Notes under the pieces: generated by a model
The model's database searches: none
What the model was told of the DNA's origin: nothing
What the model saw: the letters and a program-made list of their open reading frames with translations, nothing else
Origin: a virus
Length of the DNA: 64,000 nt
UHGV virus genome: UHGV-0076293
Reading direction: 5' to 3' (one strand)
Part shown: one piece after another, positions 9,744-19,458 of the stretch
How the letters are laid out: each line of letters opens with the position of its first letter
Numbering within the stretch: position 1 is the first letter of the stretch
Position numbers and translations under genes: made by a program

Positions 9744-9917
9744 ATGAACAATGGTTACTACTTTACTGACAAAATGCTTGCAGAACAATATGCAGCAAAA
9801 ACCAATTTACAGCAACGTATCTACGAGTATAGTCAACTCGGTGCGAATAAACGATTAAAACCATCAACCAACCGTTTCACACAGATAATCACTGAAAAAA
9901 GGAGTGAACGCTACTAA
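9744..9917 (+). CDS. small basic protein (57 aa), member c of a tandem trio
   Basis: not in the ORF track; AGAGGG RBS; QLGANKRLKPSTN...QIITEKRS matches member b. Confidence 0.5.
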   Translation: MNNGYYFTDKMLAEQYAAKTNLQQRIYEYSQLGANKRLKPSTNRFTQIITEKRSERY

Positions 9918-10052
9918 CTAATAAAAGGGGGTGTGCTACCACCCCCTACTTAGTTCAGCAGTTGTCTTTCGTTCATAAATATTAGATGTCTTGTTTTTTT
10001 TTGCTTTTCGGGACGCATAAGGGGTCGTAGGGGGAGCCGAAGCTCCCCAGAC

Positions 10053-11615
10053 TCAAAAGAGTTCGTCACCCATACCGCCTGTAAAGACGTTAATCGACGA
10101 TGCAGTCACTGTTTCTTCTTTATCGCAATCCCAAGGCAGAATGCCAACTTCACGGAAAGGTATTACTGTATAATGGTAAGCTTCTTTAGTATCGATAATT
10201 GTACGGTGTTTACCACGTTGTACTTCTAAGTAACTATGCCCATTGACAACACGTTTGTTAAAATACATCTCACCGTCAGCTTCGTTATCCAAGCTGGAGC
10301 AGTTATCGTAAAGACCGCGACCTGGTAAGTTCTTACAGAAACTTGCTGGGTCTAACGCTTTTAATTTTTTGCCTTCCGGTGAGATTTGGTGTGGCGCTAA
10401 CAAGAAACCACGGTTACGTACTACCTGGATGTTTCGAGCGATACGATAAATTTCTTTAATGTCGCTACCGGCAATCCCGTTACCGTGACCTGCTTTACTG
10501 ATAGTCCCGAAATAGTCTCCGCGAATCCCAGCTACATGATAACCTCGACGCTTTAAGTCCAGTATTAAGTCGTTTAAGTAATGTATTTTAAAATCTGAGT
10601 TTGTGTGTTTCTGAAAGATGTACTCCCAACCGTTAGCCCGCATTTTACTACAGAGGTAGTCCGACATTTTTGTGTTGTGTAAAGCTTTCTCTTCGTCGGT
10701 AGCGTTTTCAGAAGCAACCATAACCGGTGCTTCACCTTCAAAATGACCGTAGAGCGCTTGGTACGCATACGCCAAGTTAACGTCCAGTTCGTTCTCTAAA
10801 CTTAAATCGAGAATAACCGGCTGCAAATCACCTTTAACGTTTTCCATTACTTTTTCAGGCGTATTGAATACCGGAATACTGATAGACAACAACAGACTAA
10901 AAAGCGATTTACAGTTAAAGGGCAATGCAGGCATTAGCCAAAGTTCTTCGGTAATCCCTTTGTTACAACCCAGCATCTGGTTAATGGCTTTCCATCCGGT
11001 ACGTAAACCATTACCCGCTGCTTTCTTACTGATTGAGTCGAACACATGTACGAACGGTGCACGGTTATCCGTAATAAGCTCACCAACTAGTGAGGGAATC
11101 TTATTATGAGAGCGTTCACTGAACGTAGAGAGACTATCTCTGAGGTCGTTGAGCGCCGTTTGTAAATCAACGCGCGTTTCGGTTCCGTTCAGTGCGCCTA
11201 ACGTACGACCTAATTTTTGTTTCAGTTGTACGCCTTGAATAGCTTGACGTAATTGGAAGTAGTATTGTGCTACTTGACGGTTAAGATGCTCGATGCGTGC
11301 TTCTGGTTCTTCTGGAATATCATCTTCCAGGAATTTGGTAATCGTATCGTATAGAGGACGTATTTGCGTAGTGGCCAGTTTCAAACGTTTCATGACGTTT
11401 GTGTGGTCGTAAGGCATACCGCCGTCTATGATGGATGTGATGATATCCTTGATTTCGACGAGGGCGGCACGTTCGTCACCTTCCTCTACGTAATCAGGAA
11501 GCTTAGCCTCTAACAGCACTTTTCTTATGACCTCGTGATCCTTCTCAGGGTCGGTCAGCAGACTTTCAGTGTATAGTGTGGCTAATGCGGTTATCAACAT
11601 CATTTTGTTATTCAT
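10053..11615 (-). CDS. hypothetical protein (520 aa)
   Basis: long minus-strand ORF; AAGGA RBS on the minus strand; start codon lies 13 nt from a divergent + strand gene. Confidence 0.75.
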   Translation of the reverse strand: MNNKMMLITALATLYTESLLTDPEKDHEVIRKVLLEAKLPDYVEEGDERAALVEIKDIITSIIDGGMPYDHTNVMKRLKLATTQIRPLYDTITKFLEDDIPEEPEARIEHLNRQVAQYYFQLRQAIQGVQLKQKLGRTLGALNGTETRVDLQTALNDLRDSLSTFSERSHNKIPSLVGELITDNRAPFVHVFDSISKKAAGNGLRTGWKAINQMLGCNKGITEELWLMPALPFNCKSLFSLLLSISIPVFNTPEKVMENVKGDLQPVILDLSLENELDVNLAYAYQALYGHFEGEAPVMVASENATDEEKALHNTKMSDYLCSKMRANGWEYIFQKHTNSDFKIHYLNDLILDLKRRGYHVAGIRGDYFGTISKAGHGNGIAGSDIKEIYRIARNIQVVRNRGFLLAPHQISPEGKKLKALDPASFCKNLPGRGLYDNCSSLDNEADGEMYFNKRVVNGHSYLEVQRGKHRTIIDTKEAYHYTVIPFREVGILPWDCDKEETVTASSINVFTGGMGDELF

Positions 11616-11628
11616 GGAGCATCCTTAA

Positions 11629-12153
11629 ATGCAAATTCGTTTTAGTCCACCGTGGGAAGTTCAGCCTAACATAGATAAAGGCGCTGCCGTTAAAAGTGTA
11701 GAATTGCTCCAGGCAGGGTTCTTTAACTGGTTATATGACTGTCCGAATGGTTTCAGTTCTATCATCTTACCTGAAGTAAGTCGTTCTGCTATTTATAAAG
11801 CGTTAATGGCTCCGCCTGTACTTCCAGGTAAATATTATGATCAGGTGTTACGTCTGGTCGAATCAGGCGAAAAGGTTTCCCTTGACGATTTATATGGGGA
11901 AACAATTCCTTGTCGCTTACGCTGGGTCTTTACCCAACGTGGTGATACGATTGTGGCGTCATTTGCAGAAGCGAAGTCCGGTTCGGGTTTTTCTTCGGGT
12001 GAAGACCACGCTGCGAAAAAGATGTTCTGCGCAGAACTTTTTAAATATATGCGTACCAAGACTCGCGTCGTGGATGACTGCTTCAGTACCTCAACGCAGT
12101 TTGCCGCTAACGAAGTGCTGACGCAATTATACGCATGTCATTTATCTCATTAA
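11629..12153 (+). CDS. hypothetical protein (174 aa)
   Basis: GGAG RBS; immediately upstream of the highly expressed 761-aa gene. Confidence 0.7.
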   Translation: MQIRFSPPWEVQPNIDKGAAVKSVELLQAGFFNWLYDCPNGFSSIILPEVSRSAIYKALMAPPVLPGKYYDQVLRLVESGEKVSLDDLYGETIPCRLRWVFTQRGDTIVASFAEAKSGSGFSSGEDHAAKKMFCAELFKYMRTKTRVVDDCFSTSTQFAANEVLTQLYACHLSH

Positions 12154-12165
12154 GGTATTAAACAA

Positions 12166-14451
12166 ATGAAAGATACCCGAATCTCTAATTTAGAGAAACT
12201 CGTAGAAGCCGGTACTAGTCTGGCCCAAAACGTCATCGGCAACAACACCGCCAGCGAAATGTGGAAGACGATTGTTGCAGGCGAGTCCGTACGTAGCAAC
12301 GCAAAAGTATTTGGCGCTCTGCGTGACGAAGCATCACAGCACTATGCCAACGCTTTTGGCGGCAAGAAAATGTCTCATGCTGCGACCGTCGCTTCCGCAA
12401 TGATTCTGGGCGTAGCTAACCACGGTAAAGACCTGCAAGAACGTGTTGCCCAGGAATACGCTAAGCCGGAATTCCACACCAAGTATAACCTGGATATTGG
12501 TATCCCTGGTGCGCAAGGTGGTGATTGGGGTCGTGAGCGTATGGTTGTTGCTCAGGAATACTACAGCAACAAAGACTACGACAAAAACCTGGGCCTGACC
12601 TGGACCCTGAACGTACGTGCTCTGGAAACTCAGTCCAAGTTTGCTGAAACACTGTTCCCGACCATTACCGTTGACACCAACGATGTTGGTATTACCGTAC
12701 GTACTAAAGTGACTACCGTTTCTCGCGGTATCATGAACGCGCTGCTGAGCAAAGACGTCGTTGAAGATCATCGTCGTCCGCTGCACAACGCTCTGACTGA
12801 CCACACCGTTCTCCAGGACGAAGCGATCAACATCGTTCCTTACGTAATGGAAACCGGTGAAAACCAGGAATACTTCGTAAGCGAAGATCTGGTTCCGAAC
12901 GAAACCGTTCGCCTGGGCCGTGTACCTCCGTATCCGACTAACTACCTGAGCTTTGCAAACGACACACTGAACCTGTTCCAGCTGTCTGCGCATCCGGGTA
13001 TTGTTCAGGAAGGTTACGATGAAACTGATGAAATCGCACCGGGTTGTGCTCTGGGCAGCCTGCTGATTTCTGTACGTAAACCGGCCGAAGAAGCGAAAGC
13101 GGGTAAATTCATCAAACTGCACGTTCGTGACATGCAGTTCGCAACCTTCCAGCGTCCTGCTGAAGGTGACGGCCGTGAACTGGTTCTGCAATTCCGTCGT
13201 ACCGCGTTCTCTCTGAATGCGAAAACCACTGACTGGAAAGGCGACGCTATTCCGGCACTGCAAGCACTGGGCCAGAACTCCTACACCCTGCGCTACGTTA
13301 TCACCATCACCATGTCCCTGTTCACCAGCGGCCAGTTCGGTGGTAAAGTAGACATTTCCGGCCACAAACTGGAAATCGAAGGTCTGTACGATGCAACTGG
13401 TAACAAAGTTGATACCAAGTCTGGTACCGGTAAAGTTATCCTGGACGGCCTGAAACTCGAGCTGATGGGCTGGCGCTTCGATGGTACTCGTACCAACGAA
13501 AACCGTCGTACCCAGGGTCTGCTGCTTGACCCAATTTGGGAACAGGAAAACTACAAACTGCAATACGGTTCTCCGATTCTGACCAAGTCTCCGGTTGGTG
13601 TTGAATACGACGACACTGAACGTCTGGATGACCTGATCTCTGCGGTGAACATCCGTAACGAACAGCTGGCTATTACTCAGACGCTGTCTTACACTGAAGC
13701 AGTACGTAACGCAGCCGCTGCGATGATCACTCCGTGGGACAAACCGGCTATCCGTGGTCTGGGCCGTCACTGGGTTGCTCCGTGGTTCAAAGAGTCTGAC
13801 TACAAAGTCGATGAAGTTGTTCAGTCTCTGGATACCAAAGAAGCGCTGATCAACGCTCGTCAGGGTCTGTTGCAGCGTATCGGTAGCCAGGTAACTCAGG
13901 CTATCCAGGATTCTCGTTTCATTCCTGCACTGCGCCTGCTGACTGCTGATCCGGACATTCTGCCGAAAGTTATCATCGCAACTGACGAACCGACTGCATC
14001 CATGCTGCTGCTGGTTCAGGGCGACCAACGTCTGCTGGGCGACCGTTATGAATACGAAGTCGTTACCACCAACGATGACCGCTGGCGTATCTACAACGCA
14101 GCTGACGATTCCTGGACTCGTCGTCTGCAATGGTTCCTGAAAGTTCCGACTGCGGACGATGGTTCCTACTGCGTACTGAACTGGGGTAACCACTTCTGGT
14201 CTCCGATCATGGTTACCAACATCAACATCCAGCGTAACGGTTCTACTTCTAAAGAACTGGCTGTACAGCCGCGTAACGCGCATATCTGCCACTGCCCGAT
14301 CACTGGTCTGATTTGGGTTAAAGGCATCACCAAACTGGTTGAAGAAAAACTGGCTTACAACGTTTCTGTAGAACAGAACGGCCAGAAACAAACCGAAGGT
14401 GGTGTAGCAGGTAATGTTGCTGGCGACGGTAAAGACAAAGCTGGTAAATAA
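12166..14451 (+). CDS. abundant virion protein, probable major capsid protein (761 aa)
   Basis: extreme bias to enterobacterial optimal codons (CTG, CGT, GGT, ACC, AAA, GAA); the bias leaves a 685-aa stop-free antisense frame; size fits the ~750-aa major capsid proteins of phiKZ-like phages; no motif-level confirmation possible here. Confidence 0.5.
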   Translation: MKDTRISNLEKLVEAGTSLAQNVIGNNTASEMWKTIVAGESVRSNAKVFGALRDEASQHYANAFGGKKMSHAATVASAMILGVANHGKDLQERVAQEYAKPEFHTKYNLDIGIPGAQGGDWGRERMVVAQEYYSNKDYDKNLGLTWTLNVRALETQSKFAETLFPTITVDTNDVGITVRTKVTTVSRGIMNALLSKDVVEDHRRPLHNALTDHTVLQDEAINIVPYVMETGENQEYFVSEDLVPNETVRLGRVPPYPTNYLSFANDTLNLFQLSAHPGIVQEGYDETDEIAPGCALGSLLISVRKPAEEAKAGKFIKLHVRDMQFATFQRPAEGDGRELVLQFRRTAFSLNAKTTDWKGDAIPALQALGQNSYTLRYVITITMSLFTSGQFGGKVDISGHKLEIEGLYDATGNKVDTKSGTGKVILDGLKLELMGWRFDGTRTNENRRTQGLLLDPIWEQENYKLQYGSPILTKSPVGVEYDDTERLDDLISAVNIRNEQLAITQTLSYTEAVRNAAAAMITPWDKPAIRGLGRHWVAPWFKESDYKVDEVVQSLDTKEALINARQGLLQRIGSQVTQAIQDSRFIPALRLLTADPDILPKVIIATDEPTASMLLLVQGDQRLLGDRYEYEVVTTNDDRWRIYNAADDSWTRRLQWFLKVPTADDGSYCVLNWGNHFWSPIMVTNINIQRNGSTSKELAVQPRNAHICHCPITGLIWVKGITKLVEEKLAYNVSVEQNGQKQTEGGVAGNVAGDGKDKAGK

Positions 14452-14466
14452 TAACGAATAAAAAGT

Positions 14467-14504
14467 GTCTAAGCCCTTCGGGGCTTAGACCTTTTATTTT
14501 TTTC
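14467..14504 (+). terminator. intrinsic terminator
   Basis: GTCTAAGCCC-TTCG-GGGCTTAGAC followed by a T-run. Confidence 0.8.
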
Positions 14505-14568
14505 TTTCTATTATTTTTTGGATAGATATTATCAAAGGGAGACTGTCAGTTGGTTTAAAGGAGACTTT

Positions 14569-14619
14569 ATGGAAAAAATACAGTTAAGACTAAAGATATG
14601 TACCATTATTAAAACTTAA
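14569..14619 (+). CDS. possible 16-codon upstream ORF / leader peptide
   Basis: ATG with AGGAG RBS 7 nt upstream; encodes MEKIQLRLKICTIIKT; stop lies 12 nt before the SD-less start of the next gene, in the same frame. Confidence 0.3.
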   Translation: MEKIQLRLKICTIIKT

Positions 14620-14631
14620 TCTGGCCCTTAC

Positions 14632-15642
14632 ATGAACCGTCTTGATATTGATGTGGTACCCAGTATTACTGACCGCTCGTTGTATCAAAAGTCAGGACTA
14701 CAAAAACTCATCACTTTTGAGAATAATACTGGTGTGCCAATTTACGTCACTGAAACCAGTGGCGGTAGCTTTATTTTAACTCCGTCCAAAAGCCCGGCTG
14801 ATGAGCATGGGGTTGTTGTTTATGTAACGTATCAATCATTCGGAAATCTGGCTAACCTGAACGGGTTTGCAGAAGTCTTACCAGAAAAACAATTCACTAA
14901 ATTTTGTGCAGATTTAAAGGAGAAAGGAGAGGTCACACTCCGATACGTGGTTGACGATATCGGTGCTTTATTACGTGGGGACTTGGTTGTATTGAAGCAG
15001 CTAGGATTCGCATTTTCAATTACACCAGTTCGATTAGAAAGTACGCCACCGAGCGTAAGACCAGGAGGTGAGAGAACTGAATTTACATTAGGTGTTATTG
15101 TTGTGCAGCGTTACGACGATCCCGAACTATATCGTTGGATTAGATTCTACGGAACGCGCATGGAAGTACAACCGGTACTATCACGGTATTACGAACCGGG
15201 TGTGTACATGGTAATAGGAGGAGGAGACAAAGTAGAAGGGAGCAGGATGATTCACTTTGAGTTCGATGACTTATTGTCACCGTTCCGTGTTTTTAAAGAT
15301 AAAGAAACAGCCACTGCGTTTCGATGGCAAGAAACGTTACCGGATATTCACGAGATAAAGGAAAAGCTGGAAAGTCAATACAGAGAAAAATTAGAAAGTT
15401 TGGATTCGGCAAAAGACAAACTGGAATTAGAACACAAAAAACAACTACAGAATTTGGCTTTAGAAAAGGAGCGTTTGACTCTAGCGTATAAACAACAAGA
15501 ACTAGAAGCAAAGTCTCGGGCAGAGGCACGAAAAGAATTCTACGAGACTCGTTCTTACATTCGTAAAGATGGGTCAGACCTATTTAAATCAGTCCCTGCG
15601 TATCTGGCGGCGGGTGTCGCATTTATAGGGATGCTAAAGTAA
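14632..15642 (+). CDS. hypothetical protein with coiled-coil region and C-terminal hydrophobic segment
   Basis: 336 aa; heptad-like charged region EKLESQYREKLESLDSAKDKLELEHKKQLQNLALEKERL; C-terminal AYLAAGVAFIGML. Confidence 0.7.
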   Translation: MNRLDIDVVPSITDRSLYQKSGLQKLITFENNTGVPIYVTETSGGSFILTPSKSPADEHGVVVYVTYQSFGNLANLNGFAEVLPEKQFTKFCADLKEKGEVTLRYVVDDIGALLRGDLVVLKQLGFAFSITPVRLESTPPSVRPGGERTEFTLGVIVVQRYDDPELYRWIRFYGTRMEVQPVLSRYYEPGVYMVIGGGDKVEGSRMIHFEFDDLLSPFRVFKDKETATAFRWQETLPDIHEIKEKLESQYREKLESLDSAKDKLELEHKKQLQNLALEKERLTLAYKQQELEAKSRAEARKEFYETRSYIRKDGSDLFKSVPAYLAAGVAFIGMLK

Positions 15643-15652
15643 GGAGCGTGGC

Positions 15653-17428
15653 GTGTTTAAAGATGCAATCAGAAAGCTTAAAGAGGATGGCAAAATAGTA
15701 CCCTTTAACCGAGCGATTGCGGAAGGTGTCGGTTATACCCAGGCCAAAGATGGTATACACGAACGTGTTCAGATTATCTTGAAACGTGAGCTGGATTATC
15801 ATCCTGTTGATAATCCGCGTGTTCCTGAAGGGCTGGCTGTATTAGGTGTACGGTTAATGTCGCCGTTTGAAACGTTCATCTATAAGCTGTCTCGTTCTGA
15901 GAGCAGCAGAATGGATAGACGCCGTGGTGTGATGTCCATTGCGAACACCGATGCGTATATGGTCATGTCAACATTCCGTATTCCAGGAGATTCTCGACCG
16001 ATCTCAAGACCGATTAACTTACCCTTTATCCGTCGTGGTGGTTTAATGAACTATTACGGTACGACGTATCACGTTGCGCCGGTTATTCACCAGCCAGGTA
16101 TCTGTCGCGAACACGGTGGGGTATTTGTTAACTTTGACTTTAAACGTAAAGCCTCGTTGAAATTCTGTAAGCAACCTGTCCGTGTGTTAGTCAACGGTAA
16201 AAAAGAGGAGCTATTCTTACCAGGAACCAAAAACCTGTTCAAAGCGAAGAACGCAACACATCCCGATACTGACGAGAAACCGTTAATGTATTGGTTGTTC
16301 GGACGTTACGGATTTAAAGAAGCGATTAAACGCTATACTGGTGTTGACGTAGAAATTTATCCATCGTTTAAGATCCCAGAACTCGATCTCAACGAGAAAG
16401 TTGTAATCAGTTCCGGTGAATCGAAATATAACCGTTCGATAATGTACGCGGTTGTCGTACCCGCAGAAGCATTGCCGAACGTGGATAAAGTCGGTTGGGA
16501 TCAAAACGAGCATTTATTGCTGGCTGCAATTGCTGCGTTCTTCAAAGCTGCTCACTACTATTGCAGTAAACAATCTATTAAGAACGGTAACGTCACACCG
16601 CTGCCGCCGCTGTTTACCGCAATTAACGAGTTAGCGATGGAAGACGATATTGCTAATCTGAACTCTGCTCCGATTTGGCGTGAGATTCTGGGAAGAAGTA
16701 TCGTAGGACTGAAACCTTCCGATATTGAGTTAGCGCACAGTATGGCGAAACACTATACTGAATGTGATCGCTATGTTAACTCAACGTTCCGTGCAGAACT
16801 GAAGATGACCGATCCCGACATTCCAGACGATATGGATATGTTTGATTTCTTCTGGTATGCAACGAAACTGATGGTACGTACCCGTTTGACCAAACAGGGC
16901 GACATTCCGTCGATGTACGGAAAACGTTTAACCGTAACTGACTACTTACTGTTAGGTGACCGTGGGTTTACACCAACGGTAGCGGCTATTCGTTTCCAGC
17001 TGGGACAAACGGAGAACCGTTCGCCGGAATCCTGCGCGAATATGATTCGTAGCGCACTCAATAAAGAAATTGTCACGAGTCTGGTACTGCGTAATATCAC
17101 CGGTAATGGCGGTGTAAGTTATTTTAACGCATCAACAGAATCCATGGTGTTAGGAGTATCCACACACGCGATCAGTCAAACTGAAACGGAATCTAAACGC
17201 AACAGCAAGGGCGGTAAAACGGTTAACCTTAACGACCGTACGAAACACGCTTCTGCATCGCATCTGGAGTGCGGTAACGTTTATTATATTCCGAAATCGT
17301 CCCCGTTCAAATGGGGTGTCCTTAACCCGTATATGAAAACTAACCGTCAGTTAGTGATGGTTCGTAATCCAAAACTTGACGAGTTAATCCAAGCAACTGA
17401 AGAAGACATTGCGAAGATTGGCCGTTAA
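15653..17428 (+). CDS. hypothetical protein (591 aa)
   Basis: GTG start 6 nt after AAGGAG. Confidence 0.75.
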   Translation: MFKDAIRKLKEDGKIVPFNRAIAEGVGYTQAKDGIHERVQIILKRELDYHPVDNPRVPEGLAVLGVRLMSPFETFIYKLSRSESSRMDRRRGVMSIANTDAYMVMSTFRIPGDSRPISRPINLPFIRRGGLMNYYGTTYHVAPVIHQPGICREHGGVFVNFDFKRKASLKFCKQPVRVLVNGKKEELFLPGTKNLFKAKNATHPDTDEKPLMYWLFGRYGFKEAIKRYTGVDVEIYPSFKIPELDLNEKVVISSGESKYNRSIMYAVVVPAEALPNVDKVGWDQNEHLLLAAIAAFFKAAHYYCSKQSIKNGNVTPLPPLFTAINELAMEDDIANLNSAPIWREILGRSIVGLKPSDIELAHSMAKHYTECDRYVNSTFRAELKMTDPDIPDDMDMFDFFWYATKLMVRTRLTKQGDIPSMYGKRLTVTDYLLLGDRGFTPTVAAIRFQLGQTENRSPESCANMIRSALNKEIVTSLVLRNITGNGGVSYFNASTESMVLGVSTHAISQTETESKRNSKGGKTVNLNDRTKHASASHLECGNVYYIPKSSPFKWGVLNPYMKTNRQLVMVRNPKLDELIQATEEDIAKIGR

Positions 17429-17467
17429 CCACGAAAGACGTATTAAGACCTATTAGGAGAATTAAGA

Positions 17468-19078
17468 ATGGCAAGCTACAGCGAAACTCGTGAATTTATC
17501 TTGAAAGTTGTAATGGCTAAACAGGATCAGCTGTTGAACTATCTCGTCGATGCGATGAATGCGAAAGGGATAAAAGAAGATCCGTTTGTTAATGCAGCGT
17601 GCATTGTAGGTAACTGGTATCTGCAAAACCGTCGTCCTAACGACCAGACTAACGTTGCGGTTATCGAAACCTTTAAGGCAACGCTGTATAGCCGTCTGTT
17701 AGGTTTAGGCCTGACGCCGTTGCAGCCGGACATTCATAGCGCGTTAGAGAAAGCGTTTGTGCTGGCGAATCAACTTGCAGAAGAAGCTCGTCGTGCCGGG
17801 CAGGGTGGATTCGGTGTACGTACTGAACCAGTTAACTTCGGTATTCAGAATTCACAGAATGCGCAACCAACCGCACCGATTCAGGGTTCTTCTGTACCAA
17901 TGGCCAGCTATACTCCGGCAGGTGTAACAGTGCAACCTGTACAACCCGCTCCGGTATTCGGCGGTACTCCGCAACCTCAACCTCAGCCGCAATCGCAGCC
18001 TGCTATTATTCAGCCGGCTGTTCCGCAGGAAGTGATGAACAAAAGCAAGCCTGTGGATATGAATAAGGAAACGATGGATGATATCATTCAACGTGCTAAC
18101 CGTCCTCACCATGACATTTTGCGGGTAGAAATTGTGGAAGACTATTTAGATCACGAGCTGAAAGAAAAGATTCAGCAAAACGTTGTTTCGCCGAAAGAAG
18201 CTAACACACGCGTCAAGAATTCTGTGTATGCAGAACATCGTGACTGGGGTGATAAGGTTAGTGAACTGGTTGAAGATAACGACAAACAATATTGCTCGTA
18301 TGACGATGCGGGTATCATGGTGAAAGTCGAAAGCGAATATCGTCTGTATCCGATGGCACAGACTGAAACTTCTGCGGTGTATCTCCAGGAGTTTTATAGT
18401 TCGGTTCGCCAGATTATCGACGATCTCGATACCGTACGTGATATTGACGATATTGAAAAGCTGATGGAGCGTGTTTCTAATGACGTCTTCAGACTGCGTG
18501 ACCTTGCACAACGTTTGTTAATGTACTTCCTCACCAAATCTGATGAGAATGAAACGTATCGTAGCGAATGTTCAATGTTTACTCGTCGTTTCATTGCAAC
18601 ATTAACTGTGCTGGTTCACAACGCCATCTCCGTGGCATCTGCTTACGGTAAAGACGTTCCGGGTACGAAATTCGTACAGTTGGAATGCTGCCTGGATGAC
18701 ATGACCTACTTTAAAGAGACAGTGTATGGTCGTACCATCGGTGAAAATGGTGTGAGCAAGTCTGCGGATTATTTCCGTGAAATGTTCCTGCTGATCGCGC
18801 GTTCTCTGCGTAAGCTGCACATTCGTCTGACCTGCGATAATAAAGCCATTGAACTGTCTCAGGTAACGTACACGATTTCTCTGCAAGCAGATTATCAATC
18901 CGCTAACGATCGACATATCGTGGAAATCTCTTCGTTCGGTAACAGCTTCGAACCGATTGTTTCAATCTACGAAGTCATTAACCAGAAAGCACCAGAAGCG
19001 TTCATTAAACTTAAGACTCCGTCTCATGTTTACTCGCTGCTGAGCACAGGTGACGTTACTGCACCAGTTCGTTATTAA
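17468..19078 (+). CDS. hypothetical protein with Pro/Gln-rich linker
   Basis: 536 aa; low-complexity PQPQPQPQSQP segment between two domains. Confidence 0.75.
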   Translation: MASYSETREFILKVVMAKQDQLLNYLVDAMNAKGIKEDPFVNAACIVGNWYLQNRRPNDQTNVAVIETFKATLYSRLLGLGLTPLQPDIHSALEKAFVLANQLAEEARRAGQGGFGVRTEPVNFGIQNSQNAQPTAPIQGSSVPMASYTPAGVTVQPVQPAPVFGGTPQPQPQPQSQPAIIQPAVPQEVMNKSKPVDMNKETMDDIIQRANRPHHDILRVEIVEDYLDHELKEKIQQNVVSPKEANTRVKNSVYAEHRDWGDKVSELVEDNDKQYCSYDDAGIMVKVESEYRLYPMAQTETSAVYLQEFYSSVRQIIDDLDTVRDIDDIEKLMERVSNDVFRLRDLAQRLLMYFLTKSDENETYRSECSMFTRRFIATLTVLVHNAISVASAYGKDVPGTKFVQLECCLDDMTYFKETVYGRTIGENGVSKSADYFREMFLLIARSLRKLHIRLTCDNKAIELSQVTYTISLQADYQSANDRHIVEISSFGNSFEPIVSIYEVINQKAPEAFIKLKTPSHVYSLLSTGDVTAPVRY

Positions 19079-19115
19079 GTTTGGATTGGGGGTGGAAACA
19101 TCCCCATTTTAAGGA

Positions 19116-19370
19116 GTGCGTATGGCCGCTTATGTTGATTACAGTAAAGCCAAGATAGAGCTAAACGTAATTGATACCGTAGAGCGTTTAAAGCAACAAC
19201 TTTCTTTGGAGTTATATCAACTTCGCGTCCGTATTCACGAGCGTGAACAACTTATTGAGAAACATCCATTATTTATCGACGAGAAGCAGGTAAAACTTAT
19301 CACTGCGGAGTTAGAAGTTATGGCCGCAGAGAAACTGTTACTCGAAGAACGTATCGCTGCTATTGGTTAA
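19116..19370 (+). CDS. hypothetical small coiled-coil protein
   Basis: 84 aa, AAGGAG RBS, terminator follows. Confidence 0.65.
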   Translation: MRMAAYVDYSKAKIELNVIDTVERLKQQLSLELYQLRVRIHEREQLIEKHPLFIDEKQVKLITAELEVMAAEKLLLEERIAAIG

Positions 19371-19378
19371 TCACCACG

Positions 19379-19412
19379 CAAGGAGAGCTTCGGCTCTCCT
19401 CCTTTATTTTTA
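19379..19412 (+). terminator. intrinsic terminator
   Basis: AGGAGAGC-TTCG-GCTCTCCT followed by a T-rich stretch. Confidence 0.75.
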
Positions 19413-19458
19413 TTCCCCAATTTATTATAGCTGCCCACTATAGTGAGGGAATGAGGAA

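Noticed and set aside
12334-14391. 685-aa ORF on the minus strand inside the 761-aa gene
   Set aside because: Antisense artefact of extreme codon bias in the sense gene: the sense strand avoids the codons whose complements are stop codons. The translation is low complexity (V/Q/F-rich) and has no ribosome-binding site.
15653-19078. Whether the 591-aa or 536-aa proteins are RNA polymerase subunits, chimallin or PhuZ tubulin of a nucleus-forming phage
   Set aside because: No NADFDGD-type polymerase motif or GGGTGSG tubulin motif was found, and there is no basis for a chimallin call without a database search. Left as hypothetical proteins.
19415-19450. Sequence resembling a T7 class III promoter (CACTATAGTGAGGGA)
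   Set aside because: Only a partial match to TAATACGACTCACTATAGGGAGA. More parsimoniously it is a diverged copy of this phage's own TATATTAC/GTGAGA element, and there is no evidence of a T7-type single-subunit RNA polymerase in the window.
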